From NCBI GenBank assembly GCA_951406725.2, contig OX597814.1:196416001-196480000 (forward strand): 64,000 nt of DNA, written 5' to 3'. A program made the position numbers and the translations under genes. This DNA is from Octopus vulgaris. Lineage: Eukaryota. The notes beneath the pieces are model-generated. The model searched no databases, was not told the DNA's origin, and was given only the letters and a program-made list of their open reading frames with translations. Below, one piece after another: positions 30,570 through 45,400 of the stretch; position 1 is the first letter of the stretch; every line of letters begins with the position of its first letter.

Positions 30570-31778
30570 CAGGAGTCGGACAAAATAATGGAAACACCTA
30601 GTATCATAACATCATAATTTTGAAATATCTATAAAACCGTCAAAAGCTTGTTTATTCTTAAGTTTCTTGATTTATTATTAGTATTGCTTAATATGTTTTG
30701 CTAAAATTGCTCTTTCTTTTCAGATATCATCAGAAAAAGGTAATTAAAATTTATCAACATGAAAGATCTATCGGACTTTCAAAGTGGTCAAATTGTTGGT
30801 GCTCGTATGGCAGGTTTCAACGTTTGGTGGATGAACAAGTACTGTTTCAAAAGGAACGGCAACCTTTGAGAAAGAGGGGAAAACCTCCTCGTCGAAAGAA
30901 AACTCCAGGAGAAAATCAAAACTTTCAGAAAATGACTGTCGGATTCTTACGCGAATTGCTAGAAAGATCACAAAAGTACAGATATCAAATTACTGCAGAG
31001 CTTAATGACTACACCGAGAATCTAGTTTCCACAAAAACTTTTCATGGAAGCTGCACAAAGCCAGATTTCACGGATTTCTGCAATCAGAAAACCCCTACTT
31101 TCAAAAACAAACGTTGCAATGAGTTTAGTGGGGAGTAAAAAACCTACCGAATTAGTCTCCAGAGCAGTGGAAGAATGTTATTTTCTCGGACGACTCATCC
31201 TTTAACGGCTGCGTATACGTGTGGTAACAGCCAAAATAAGCATTTGACCCAGGTTGCCATCTTCCAGCTGTTAAACATGGAGGAGGATCTGTGATGATCT
31301 AGGGGGCTACATCGTGGAAATCCGGCGGCGCAATAGTTTCCCTTCTTGGCAGAATTAATAGTCAAGACTATTTAAGCAGTTTATCTGATTAAGTTCATTC
31401 TATGTTTGCAGAACTGTTTCTGGAGTGAAACCCAATCTTTCAGGATGATAATGCACCAATTCATGCAGGTAAAGTTGTCACTGAATGGCACGAGGAATAT
31501 TCTAGTGAGGTTGAACATCTTATCTGGCCACCACAGTCCCCAGATCTCAATATTATTGAGCATTTATGGTGCATTTTAGTAAGAAGACGATATCCTCCAC
31601 CACCATCTTCACTACAAGAACTGGAGACTGTTTTAGCTTATGAATCGACACAAATTTCTATGGAAACAATTCTATCTTTGTACGATAGAATTCAAGCCGT
31701 AATTACTGCCAAATGGGGTCCCACCTCATATTGGATTTGTTTGAAATTTTAAGGTGTTTCCTTTATTTTGACCAATTC

Positions 31779-31781
<3 letters not shown>
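30570..31781 (+). mobile_element. Tc1-family (DD34E) DNA transposon with both TIRs and a decayed transposase
   Basis: TA|CAGGAGTCGGACAAAATAATGGAAACACCT..AGGTGTTTCCTTTATTTTGACCAATTCCTG|TA; peptides MKDLSDFQSGQIVGARMAG, WKNVIFSDDS, KHGGGSVM, FQDDNAPIH, WPPQSPDLNIIEHLW with frameshifts/stops. Confidence 0.93.
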
Positions 31782-31841
<60 letters not shown>

Positions 31842-31984
31842 TATTACGGAGATGTAATTGCATAGCAAGTGATTTGATCTGAGATCGTGTGCTGGAACGA
31901 AAACAATTGCAGCGTGGAAGGTGTTAGTAAGCCATTTAAAAAACACACAAAAGCCGTGCGATTCACTTAAACATTTAAGTTTTA

Positions 31985-32034
31985 TTTGTCAAAATATTTT
32001 CGTCGCTATGAGACCGCGACCTGTTCACTGACAA
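31985..32034 (-). ncRNA. Minimal hammerhead-like motif in a ~205-bp insert (31846-32050) within (TA)n
   Basis: TTTGTCA-GTGAACA-G-GTCGC..GCGAC-GAAA-ATATT T-TGACAAA; two core substitutions. Confidence 0.55.
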
Positions 32035-32047
32035 AAATCCGTGGTGC

Positions 32048-32125
<78 letters not shown>

Positions 32126-32129
<4 letters not shown>

Positions 32130-32205
32130 ATTTAAAAGCAGCAGAAATAAATATAACAAATGCTGTAACTTAGAGTTTCACGTTACCGTTCGTCGGACAG
32201 TTTTC
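32126..32205 (-). mobile_element. Penelope-like terminal repeat with hammerhead-like motif (same family as 48503-48663)
   Basis: Minus strand CTGT-CCGACGA-ACG GTAA CGT-GAAA-CTCTAAGTT-ACAG at 32163-32200; adjoins (TA)n. Confidence 0.65.
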
Positions 32206-32687
32206 TTAAAATAGAACAGAAATAGAAATAACGATATAATCAAAACCAGTTAGAGGATACATCTTTAAAAGTGGATTTGTTTCATTGGTCCTTTTAATTA
32301 ATGGTCTTAATCATGCAAGGAACAAAATAAACAAAATAAATGAATTCAGTATAAATTGATCCTATTATAAAAATCGAGGAAAACCTTATTCAAAGAGTGG
32401 ATTCAAAATATATTGTAAATAATTATATACGAAATCTAATTCAATTAATACATCAAAATTAAAATTAAATTTTTTAAGCTGCATTACATAAATATTTTAC
32501 GACAGTATATACGAACACTAGACGAATAGTATAAAATACACATATACTTCAAAATACACAGATGGATACAGAGAGATTGCATACATATACAGACATATGT
32601 ATGTAAGACATAGATATACGCATAAATACACATATACATATGTACGCAACCATGCTCGAATGCGTAAATCACTTGGTGAATAGATAT

Positions 32688-32917
32688 ATATTTCATTACT
32701 ACCCACAAGGGGCTAAACACAGAGGGGACAAACAAGGAGAGACAAACGGATTAATTCGATTACATCGACCCCAGTGCGTAACTAGTACTTAATTTATCGA
32801 CCCCGAAAGGATGAAAGGCAAAGTCAACCTCGGCGGAATTTGAACTCAGAGCGTAACGGCAGGCGAAATACGGCTACGCATTTCGCCCGGCGTGATAACG
32901 TTTCTGCCAGCTCGCCT
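32688..32917 (-). mobile_element. SINE family B
   Basis: Reverse-complement match to family B. Confidence 0.9.
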
Positions 32918-34018
32918 TGGTGTATAGATATAGAAGTTATAACAGGCAAGCTAGATTACAAGTAAAGTAGTGAGGGGGAAGAAAAATGAAAGGAAGGATC
33001 TTAAATGTAACAGTTAGCAAGCGGAAGAGGAAAGTAAGGGGGAGAGAATAGGAACGCATTCTTAAGACGTTATAAAAGTAACGAATACGGAGAGAAAGGA
33101 TTCTTTCTGTAAGGAAAAAAAAAAGGCGGATTATAAGTAACAACGGTACATAAAATAAAATTACGAATATATCTGTATACAAAAGTGCACATTAGCATAA
33201 ATATACATATAAGATCATATATATAAATATATGGAAATATGTACCTAAATACACATCTACACAAATATAAGGGTATACAAGCATACATATACATCTATAT
33301 ATGTATGTGCACAAGTATAAACATACACGCTTACTTACACATATACATAGACGCACACATACGAATACCTATGCATGCCAAAAGCATTTGAATAGACTAT
33401 ATGAATAAAAAATAATAAATAAATACTAAATAAACAACGCAATAATTTAAATAAAATAAATATATGAATTAAATATTACTAAAATTACATAATAATAAAT
33501 TAGATATACATCCCAATATAGGTAAATTTGAAAATAATAATAGAGGATAATTTAAAATTAAAACTATGTGTAGTGTAATTACACTACTTGGTACTAATCA
33601 CCTTTAAATACCCATAGTTCCCTGCTGTCTTCTTCCTCAAATCACCGTTTTAGTATCAGCAAAAAAAAAAAGGAAGATATGTATTTGAATTTTTATGGTT
33701 ATATATCATTTTTATTCTGATGTTTGATCATATATCTCACATTCTATATTTGACATATATTTCATTTTACATGATTGAGATATATATATACTAATTCATA
33801 TTTATAATGCATAATTTATAAATTTTAATTCTTGATATTACAAAGTGTAATTTTAATTTTTAATTTTTAATTCGCAAATTGTTTATCTTCAACGCTTAAT
33901 TGTATTCCTTATTTTTAAAGGGATGTAAAATTAGATATATAATATTTTGAAATAGAAGCTGAAGATGTGTTGGAATAATTGTAAATCTGACGATTGCATA
34001 TATGCATTTATACAAGTG

Positions 34019-34070
<52 letters not shown>

Positions 34071-34078
<8 letters not shown>

Positions 34079-34283
34079 TAAATTAGAGACAAAACTACTA
34101 TTAGGCAAATCAAACAATGAAAGACTTTGTTGACAGCAGACAGGAAACGATCGTAGTGGATATTAATTATATTTTTTAATAATTGTTACATATTTAAATA
34201 ATATAAATTAATTTATGTATTGGCTTAAGTCTTTCATTGTTTGATTTGCCTAATAGTGGTTTTGTCTCTAATTTAATATAATA
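34071..34283. repeat. Inverted repeat (57-bp arms) between (TA)n tracts, Penelope-like relic
   Basis: Arms 34071-34127 / 34227-34283; spacer holds GAAACGATCGTA (hammerhead 3' half with palindromic stem III). Confidence 0.7.
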
Positions 34284-34820
34284 TAATATTTTACTATAAA
34301 ATTGGATTCAATCCTAAATCTGATTTTTCCCTGTAAGTTTGGATTTATTCCCTAATATTTATTATTATTATATATATATATATATGGGTATACAGTCCTG
34401 TATATGTATATATATATATTGTAATCTTCCAATATTGATACACGTGTAGTTCCTTCATATTTAATAAATATAAGTATTAACTAAAGTATGATATAATTAA
34501 TGAAGTACATTATATACCCAGCTGGAAATTTTGGTTATATCCTCTAAGTGTTATTTCGTGATGTGCAAACTGATACCATGAGTTTACTGAAAGATATACT
34601 CATTAGGTATTATCTGAAATAGAATACCCGCATGTATATATCATCATCATCATCATCATCATCATTTAACGTCCGCTTTCCATGCTAGCATGGGTTGGAC
34701 GGTTCGACTGGGGTCTGGGAGCCCGAAGGCTGCACCAGGCCAGTCAGATCTGGCAGTGTTTCCCCAGCTGGATGCCCTTCCTAACGCCAACCACTCCGAG
34801 AGTGTAGTGGGTGATTTTAT

Positions 34821-35192
34821 GTGCCACCGACACAGGTGCCAGACGAGGCTGGCGAACGGCCACGCTCGGATGGTGTTTTTATGTGCCACCGACACAGGTG
34901 CCAGACGAGGCTGGCGAACGGCCACGCTCGGATGGTGTTTTTATGTTCCACCGACACAGGTGCCAGACGAGGCTGGCGAACGGCCACGCTCGGATGGTGT
35001 TTTTATGTGCTACCGACACAGGTGCCAGACAAAGCTAGCAGACGACCACGCTCGGATGGTGTTTTTTATGTACCACCGACACAGGAGCCAGATGAGGCTG
35101 GCGATCGGCCACGATCGGATGGTGATTGTTACGTGCCCACAGCATGGAGGCCAGTCGGTGCGGCACTGGCTACGGCCACGTTCGGATGGTAC
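34821..35192. repeat. 62-bp tandem repeat, about 6 copies, in the RTE 3' region
   Basis: Units start at 34821, 34883, 34945, 35007, 35070, 35133; divergence rises toward the LINE body. Confidence 0.95.
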
Positions 35193-35370
35193 CACAAAGA
35201 TACAAATTTCATTGATGTTCATCTATTTTGATTTTGTTTGATTTTTTGATTTGATTTGATTTGATTTGATTTTCACTTGCCTCAACAGGTCTTCACAAGT
35301 GTCACAAGAAGGAAGGTATGCACAGGTGGACTGACTACGTCCCAGGTAGGGGCCACGGGTTATGGCCTGA

Positions 35371-37097
35371 CTAGTCTTGCCGGGTCTTCTCACGCACAGC
35401 ATACTTCCATAGGTCTCGGTCTCTAGTCATTTCCTTGGTGAGACCTAAAGTTCGAAGGTCGTGCTTCACCACTTCGTCCCAGGTTTTCCTGGGTCTACCT
35501 CTTCCACAGGTTCCCTCAACTGCTAGGGTGTAGCACTTTTGCACACAACTATCTTCAGCCATTCTCGTCATATGACCATACCAGCGCAGCCGTCTCTCTT
35601 GCACACCACAAATGACGCTTCTTAGGTTCAACTTTTCTCTCAAGGTACTTACACTCTGACGATTATGAACACTGACATTACACATCCATTGGAGCATACT
35701 GGCTTCATTTCTTGCGAGCTTACGCATATCCTCAGCAGTCACGGTCCATGTTTCACTACCATGTAGCATGGCTGTACGTACACATGCATCATACAGTCTG
35801 CCTTTTACTCTGAGCGAGAGGCCTTTTGTCACCAGCAGGGGTAAGAGCTCTCTAAACTTTGCCCAGGCTATTCTTACTCTAGCAGTTACACTTTCAGCAC
35901 CCCCACCCCCACTACTGACTTGGTCTCCTAGGTAGCGGAAGCTATCAACTACTTCTAGTTTGTCTCCCTGGAACGTGGTAGAAGTTGGTCTCTGCACGTT
36001 TCCAGAGTTTATTTCTCCTGAGCATCTGCCACATACGAAAACTATCTTCCCAGTTAGCCTACCTTTGACATTGCTGCACCTCTTATGTATCCATAGCTTA
36101 CACTTGGTGCACCTTATAGAGTTTCTACCTACACCTTTTTTACAGATCGAGCAGGGCCATCTACCTGAAGTCGTTTGTGGTTGGTCCACCTTCCTACTAA
36201 TTAGGACTTTGGTTTTGGCTAGGTTGATTCTAAGGCCCTTCGATTCTAATCCTTGTTTCCACACCTGAAACTTCTCCTCCAGTTCTGATAGTGACTCAGC
36301 AATTAGAGCAAGGTCATCAGCATAGAGGAGCTCCCAGGGGCATCCTGTCTTGAATTCTTCCGTTATTGCCTGGAGGAATATGATAAATAGGAGGGGGCTG
36401 AGGACTGAACCTTGGTGGACCCCAACCTCTACCCGGAATTCTTCACTGTACTCGTTGCCTACCCTCACCTTACTAGCAGCGTCTCTGTACATGGCTCGCA
36501 CAGCTCTCACTAACCATTCATCTATCCCTAGTTTCCTCATTGACCACCAGATAAGGGATCGGGGACCCTGTCAAAGGCTTTCTCCAAGTCAACAAAAGCC
36601 AGGTACAAGGGCTTACCTTTGGCTAGGTATTTCTCCTGCAGCTGTCTTACCAGGAATATAGCATCAATAGTACTTTTCCCTGGCACAAACCCAAACTGCA
36701 TATCATCTAAGCTAACTCTCTCTCTAATTAGTTGGGCTATAACCCTCTCCGTAACCTTCATTACCTGATCCAACAGCTTGATGCCCCTGTAGTTATTTGT
36801 ATCTAGGGCGTCACCTTTACCTTTGTAACAGTTGACTATTATGCTGCTACACCAGTCATTGGGTATGACTCCTTCGTGTATCACCTGGTTAACTATACGG
36901 GTGACTATGCTATAGCCGACACTACCAGATATTTTGAGCATCTCTGCAGTAATTCCTGATGGGCCTGGGGCTTTCCCTGTCTTCATGCTTCTAATTGCCT
37001 TAGCTACCACGGAACTATCAACTCGGATAGCTGGTCCCTCTGTTGGGTCAACATTCGGCAGACTCTCTTTATCCCATTCATTTTCGTCATTCAGCAA
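35371..37097 (-). pseudogene. RTE reverse transcriptase, split by a frameshift near 36560
   Basis: ORFs 36537-37097 and 35371-36540 are consecutive RT segments. Confidence 0.9.
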
Positions 37098-37768
37098 CCT
37101 TTCATAGTGGCGTCTCCAAGCCTCTCTCTTTGCATCCTCATTTAGCGCAAGTGAACCGTCATCCTTTTTCTGGCAAGGATGTAGTCGATTTGGCTAGTAT
37201 GCCGGCCCCATCGGTAGGTGACCAGGTGGCTTGTTGGTTTCCTGAAGTTAGCGTTGCAGACCATAAGACTATTCGCATCGCAGAACTCCAGCAGCCTGGT
37301 TCCCTCCTCGTTGCGGGAACCATAACCGTAGCCTTCATGTCCGCCATGGAAGCCCCCAGCATGTCGTCCAACATGCCCATTGAAATCACCAGCCACAAAG
37401 AGAAGGTCCCGGTCGTTCGTCAATGAGGTGGTCTGCAGTAGGGTGTCATAGAAACTGTCTTTCTGTCCATCGGGTAGCCCTGGCTGAGGGGGCATAGGCC
37501 GATATAATGGTTGCTAATCTATTATGAAGCACTATTCTAATCTTAAGTATTCTGTCACTTACTCTGATTACCTCAATTACTCTATCTACCCATTTCTCAG
37601 CAATAAGTATACCCACGCCACCAACCCCGTCAGTGTTCCCTGCCCAGAAAATCTTGTACCTGTGTTCCTTGCCTGTGAGGAACCTAGCAGATCCTTATTT
37701 CTTGCATGCAACATACATCAACACGTCTCCGTTCAAGCATCTCGACTATCTCGCCAGACCTACCTTTA

Positions 37769-37842
<74 letters not shown>

Positions 37843-38327
37843 ATGTATATGTATATGTCGATGTATGTACGTAAATAAATATATTCGCGTTTGTACGTAT
37901 ACATGTATAGATACATACCCCTAGTATGTTTCTGTCTTAGTGGGTAATGTTGTAAAGCCTGGTGTCAGGTCAAATAAAGAAGTATTATTGCCTTTTGATA
38001 AGCTGAAAGATAGTAAATACGAGAAGGGGACGGTGGTAGAGACGTGAAGGGGAAAAGGAAGCAGAGAAAACAATGATAAATAAGAGTAACCCAATTTTAC
38101 TTCAAGTATAGAAAGTATAGTGGAAGGGAAATGTTTCAACGACGTGATTAAAGGTGGTTTAGGCGGTTGGCGGTTTATCAACAAATTCTGACTTACCCTG
38201 AGGAATAAATTTCCGAACGAAAATTCCAAAACCAACCAAGGTAAATGACAGAGCTAATTAATTCCATAGACGACGCTTTGCTCACGCACAGCGCCGGATG
38301 TACAGCTGTAGCTGTAGAGAGAGAGTG

Positions 38328-38419
<92 letters not shown>

Positions 38420-38536
38420 GTATGTATATATATGTCTGTGTGTATCGAAATATATATATATAGTGCGTGGAGGCACAGGGTCTAGTAGTTAGACCAGCGG
38501 ACAAGCGGACAAGTTATTTTGAATTTTCGATATACT

Positions 38537-38615
<79 letters not shown>

Positions 38616-39426
38616 TTATTTTTTTTTATAACAAAACAGAGACAATAAAATTAATAATTATTTATTAATTACAAAATTGGATATCATCTCTGACAGCTGT
38701 TTCGATTCAAGACTCTAGAAATTAATTAGTTCAATTCAAAATATTTTAAAGTCGAATCTCATATGCTATTACATTTGCATATTATTGTTTGTTGAGTATA
38801 GGGAGAAAATCCACTAATAAATGTTTTGTAGAAAGAACAAGGTATAAACCATACGAGGAGGGAGGTAGTATATTTATTGAAGTTATAAATAAAATGAAAA
38901 TAAAGAATAGGATATGGTAATATAAGATATATATCTCTAAAGTTTAATTAAGTATCAAATGAAAACAATTGTGAACGTGGTTATAAAAATATAGGTAGTA
39001 ATATATTACGGGTAGTTATTAAATTTACAACGTAAGCAGTATGTTAATTAATGCTATAAATAATTATGAACAGAAACATTAGAGTGATTATACATAAAGA
39101 TAGTTTGTAATTATTTAAGTAATTAAGGTGTATGTGTGACTAAAATATATATAAGAAGTGTAATAAGGGAAAAAATATTTTTGAGTGCATTTATGTAAAA
39201 ATAGAAAACATAATTTATATGTATAGAGAAAAAGGAAAAGTGCAACAAGCATATAATGAAATAATATACATTAGATTTGTGAGTAGGTATATGAGAATCT
39301 GTTATTATGCAAATATAAGCATTAGTTTACACGCATATATATAATAAATATAAATAATTAATCGCGGACCAAAGACGTACTAAAAAAATCTGTGTGATAT
39401 TGATATATAAATTTAAAAAAAAAAAA

Positions 39427-39747
39427 GACTCCGCCGGTTACGACGACGAGGGTCCCAGCTGATACGATCAACGGAACAGCTTGCTCGTTAAATTAACGTG
39501 CAAATGGCTGAGCATTCCACAGACACGTGTACCCTTAACGTAGTTCTCGGGGATAATCAGCGTGACACAGAGAGTGACAAGGCTGACCCTTTGAAATACA
39601 AGTACAACTCATTTTTGCCAGCTGAGTGGACTGGAGCAACGTGAAATAAAGTGTCTTGCTCAAGGACACAACGCGTCGCCGGGAATCGAACTCACAACCT
39701 TACGATCATGAGCCGAATGCCCTAACCACTAAGCCACGCGCCCTCAC
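39427..39747 (-). mobile_element. SINE family D, full length (tRNA head + CORE-like middle + tail shared with family C)
   Basis: Head GGCGCGTGGCTTAGTGGTTAGGGCATTCGGCTCATGATCGTAAGGTTGTGAGTTCGATTCCCGG; ~180-bp tail similar to 5547-5725. Confidence 0.9.
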
Positions 39748-39894
39748 GATATTTAAATTATCTAGTAACCTACAACATTCAAGGACTTAAGAATATATAA
39801 GTTTAATGCTAAAATTAAGCATTAGATAATATATATAGTCACGCTTAGAAGTATATTAATTCCTATAATATCTAATTGAGATCTATCTCCATTG

Positions 39895-40337
39895 CTAATT
39901 TCCTCATCGTGTTTGTTTTGAACACTACGCTTCAGCTGATATACCCTCCGGCTTTCGTCTGGTGTCTTGGGGAAATTTCGAACCTATTTATTTATTTATT
40001 TTATTTTGATTTTATCTAGTTTCAGTTCACGAGCGGTGGCCATGCTGGGGCACCGCCATTCGGTGTTGCTACATGATTTTATTTCACGAATTCCTTTTTA
40101 GCAATTGCCATTTGGTGCATGAGAGAGTTCGATGCAGCTGCCCTCATCTGCACCTCCTGCCGTGAAGTTGGATCATCTGGGACACCTGACAGGAAGAGAT
40201 CCAGTTTTATTTTATGTTCTCATTCCTAAGTAATTTTTGATGCTATTATTATTATTATTATTATTATTCAGATCACTGCCTGGAATCGAACTGGGAATCT
40301 TGGGGTTAGTAGCTCGCGCTCTTAACCACTACGCCAT
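39895..40337 (-). mobile_element. tRNA-derived SINE (family E) interrupted by a LINE fragment
   Basis: Head TGGCGTAGTGGTTAAGAGCGCGAGCTACTAACCCCAAGATTCCCAGTTCGATTCCAGGCAG at ~40275-40337; internal TAA run. Confidence 0.65.
39995..40210 (-). mobile_element. CR1/L2-group LINE 3' end
   Basis: KLDLFLSGVPDDPTSRQEVQMRAAASNSLMHQ..* then GGTGCCCCAGCATGGCCAC..ACTGAAAC tail; homologous to 60285-60590. Confidence 0.75.
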
Positions 40338-40394
40338 TCAGTATTTGAGGGAGAACTATCTCCTTCAAATACTAAACCAATACAGCCACGAGGA

Positions 40395-40591
40395 AGTAAA
40401 TAAATAAATAAATAAGAATATACTTATTTTTACGAAAATTTTCGTTGCGTTTTCCAACATTTTCAATAGTCGTTGGCTTCTTCCGTTATCGGAACCGCGT
40501 TGTTTTTTGTACGCATGCGTGTGCGTCTCATTGCTTACGCATACGCATACTTATGTATGTACACATACATATACATACATACATACATACA

Positions 40592-40624
<33 letters not shown>

Positions 40625-40629
40625 GAACA

Positions 40630-40663
<34 letters not shown>

Positions 40664-40893
40664 CATACATATGTGCATACACACGTACGCTGACGCACAC
40701 GCAAGCGCACACGCAAGCGCACACGCAAGCGCACACGCAAGCGCACACGCAAGCGCACACGCAAGCGCACACGCAAGCGCACACGCAAGCGCACAAAAAA
40801 TAGAACGCAGGACCGATAACGGACAAAGTCAACAACTATTAGGAACGTTGCAAGATGCAACGAAAATTTTAGAAAAATGTAAGTAAATAAATG
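40395..40893. repeat. Degenerate inverted repeat (~105-bp arms) enclosing (TACA)n and a 12-bp minisatellite (GCACACGCAAGC x8, ~40695-40793)
   Basis: AAAATTTTCGTTGC..TCCGTTATCGG..GCGTT / AACGC..CCGATAACGGA..GCAACGAAAATTTT. Confidence 0.75.
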
Positions 40894-40960
40894 AGTTTGA
40901 ATCAGATCGGTGAGTGTGTTAAATTAATAAGACACTAAAAGAGACTGACTCTCCTTAGAC

Positions 40961-42470
<1,510 letters not shown>

Positions 42471-43084
42471 GTGAGTGTGTTTATTTTGTGGCCCTTAGTA
42501 GGGTATTTAGTACTTTGGTGTTTTATTAATCTTAGATTAGCATTCTTAGAAATCAGGTGCTATGACCATTCTTAGCACTATAGATCTATAGATCTTTACC
42601 TTTCCTTCCAGTCTTGCCTTTCTTCCTTCCTATCTCGCAGACATCTTCAGAAGACATTCATGGCCGATTACAAGCTGTTAAAGATTCCGTTCGAGACTTC
42701 AATCAGATCAAATTCTCTTTAACTGGCCTTTAATCTTATTTACTGCCGGGGGTTAATTGATGACATATATTGTTGTGCCCTTGTCTTTAGTCGTTTCGAT
42801 TTATTAAACAGCGGGCTCGGTGTGGAGGGTGTGTAAGGAGGTGATGGTGGTTGTTGTGGGGGGTAGTGAAAGTAAATATGCTGACATCTTATATGTACCT
42901 ACTACAACACAAATACAGGCACACACACACACACATACACACACACACACATACGCACGCACACCGTCGTCGTTGCAGTACAAAGAGTTTATTGTATTTA
43001 AATAGAGTAATCATTGTTGTGAAGGTGGTGGAGGGACTGTGGTGCCGATGCAGCTGACAATAGTGGTGGTGGTGATGGGAATAG

Positions 43085-43110
43085 TATCTCAGGTAGCGAT
43101 GCCGATGACG

Positions 43111-43146
<36 letters not shown>

Positions 43147-43147
43147 C

Positions 43148-43198
<51 letters not shown>

Positions 43199-43637
43199 AT
43201 TGACTACGATGATGATAATGGAGCGGAGGAGGCAGAAGAAGGGGACGATGAATATATTAACAACGGAGATAATGATGAAGACAATGACCAATGGCGATGA
43301 TGATGATGATGATGATGAGGAGGAGAACGATTATGAAGTTGATGATGGTAGGAAGGAATGCAATGATGACGACGACGACGACGTTAGCTGCGGTGCAGCG
43401 GTGGTTACGGCGGCGGCGCCGATGACTGTAATGCAGATACAAGAGAAATGATATTGAATTATTATAAGTATATGACGGACAGTTAAATTATAAGGGTCAA
43501 AAGAAAAAATAGCAGAAAATGAGGAAAAAATGGGAGTGTGCTGGAAGTTGGTAGAGAATAATAAAACAACTATAGCAAAATTAGCAACAACAACAACAAT
43601 AATAATAATAATAATAACAATTATGAAAATAATAATG

Positions 43638-43689
<52 letters not shown>

Positions 43690-43724
43690 TAATAATGATG
43701 ATGATGATGAAAATATTAATAATC

Positions 43725-43785
<61 letters not shown>

Positions 43786-43934
43786 CAATAAAAAAAATAA
43801 TAATAACAACAAAAAAGCCCAAATATATGGCACACTAGGCATAACAACAACGTGAACTTCCAACCTGTTGTCTCTTGAGGTCTCTGGGTGAGACTTGGAG
43901 CCAACTTGTACAAATATAAAGCAAAAGTCAAACA

Positions 43935-44015
<81 letters not shown>

Positions 44016-44052
44016 TGATAATAATGATAATGATGGTGATAACAATAACAAT
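43085..44052. repeat. (GAT)n and (TAA)n arrays with a ~120-bp insert (43815-43937), probably a Dong-like 3' UTR
   Basis: Insert ends ..GCAAAAGTCAAACAG|AATAATAAT, the same junction style as the other TAA-embedded LINE ends. Confidence 0.65.
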
Positions 44053-45400
44053 AAGCTCGATGATCTACCGCTCAATTCTGGATGGATTACATCGAAAGAA
44101 TGCATGATAATCATGTACTCAATCATGCCATCAGAACAAACGATGTTGACTTCTTTATAGACGCTCTCACTCCGATCATCTCTCTGCTGTTCGCAACCGA
44201 TCGATAGAACTACGCTAGGTATATGATGAAGTACCAGCTAGATCTTATGAACATAGACAAGACACACCCTGGATTAAGAGGCTTGCTTGATCGTAGTGGG
44301 TTCAGTTAAGTTAAGTTAATTTTTTGGTTCAAAAAGCAAAAAGCAAGGCCATGTAGGGTTCACTATGTGTAGAACCAGTAATTCGATCTAACACTGGAAC
44401 AGACAATCAATGCTGATGATGCTTCTCCGCTCACGGGGATGTCAGCTATGACGAACAACTATACAGCCAGAATTCGTTGGATGTTCACCAAGTCATGTCG
44501 ATCTGCTATTGGCACTGATCTGATGGAGACGGCAGGGACAGGCACCACAGAATCAACTGCAGCTGAGCAGCGACCGGCAGGAGTCAAGCGAGACCGGTCA
44601 GATTTGGAAAAAATGATCGCGCAGATAGAAAAATCCTGGAACACTTTCACCCTTACGAACACCACTGATCTGATCAACATACATACGAGAAAGGCATGCA
44701 GAGAAAATGTGAAGGGAAGTCTGCTCGATGTTCTAGCTACTGGCAGAAACATGCACGAAACATTCGTTGCGGGATGCCTCGAAAACCCAGCACGATTCGA
44801 AAAGCCACTGCGAAAGATAAAGATTAAAACCTTCGCAAGTGATAGCGTTGGAAATCGACGATCAATGAACAAAAGATTGCAACGAATGAAATACACGCGT
44901 GACTTGATGGGTAGGATGTCGATCATCTCAGCGAAAGAGAAATTGGATCTCAAGTATATTCTCATATACCCAATTATGTCTGTTCCGTTGGCGCTCTGTT
45001 GCAGCGACAGTACAATGACGAAAACCGATAAAAGCAAGTTGTTCAGATATCTCGAGAGCCGCACAGGGGAAGTTCGTCAACCAAGCAGCCAAACGCCTTC
45101 AGTGATCGACGGGAACTTTTTATTGCAGGTCATGCCATCCAAAATATCAAAGACATTCGGCGGATTGGCTCGGACAATCCTTGGCTTATGTGCAGTAATA
45201 AGTCGCCAACGTGTTGACATTGTGTTCGACACACAACGGTCACCTTCCATCAAAGATGCTGAACGTGGATGCAGAGGTGCCACGGAGATTACCTTCACCA
45301 TACTGGGACCAGACTAGGTATCACCCAAGTTTTCCAAGGCAATGCAGTCCAGATAATTTCAGAACGTTTCAATTCGTCGTTGGTTTCTAATAGCCAGTTT
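44050..45400 (+). pseudogene. Decayed large DNA-transposon ORF, probably Academ (transposase + XPG/PIN-like region)
   Basis: NYARY..Y..HP, LEQTINAD, ARIRW, PLAL..D.TM.KTDKSKL..LE, VIDG, RVDIVFD..PSIKDAER..RG; stops, frameshifts and a 51-bp insertion. Family assignment from memory of motifs. Confidence 0.6.

Larger units (their letters stand above)
34642..37768 (-). mobile_element. RTE-clade LINE (APE endonuclease + RT), 5'-truncated, internally deleted, frameshifted; long 3' region ending in (GAT)n
   Basis: APE motifs CMQE, SAYAP, AGDFNGHVG, SQIDYIL; RT motifs KAPGPSGI, YRGIKLL, QFGF, FVDLEKAFD, GVHQGSVLSP, LYADD; C-terminal RRLRWYGH..RGRPRKTW. Confidence 0.93.

Noticed and set aside
34821-35192. 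CRISPR-like array
   Set aside because: Contiguous tandem units without unique spacers, no cas genes, eukaryotic LINE context.
34821-35192. HDV-like or pistol ribozyme in the 62-bp unit (CCAGCCTCGTCTGG resembles HDV P3)
   Set aside because: I could not assemble P1/P2/P4 or the pistol stem order.
43110-43451. Acidic/Met-rich ORF
   Set aside because: Degenerate (GAT)n repeat without splice or domain support.
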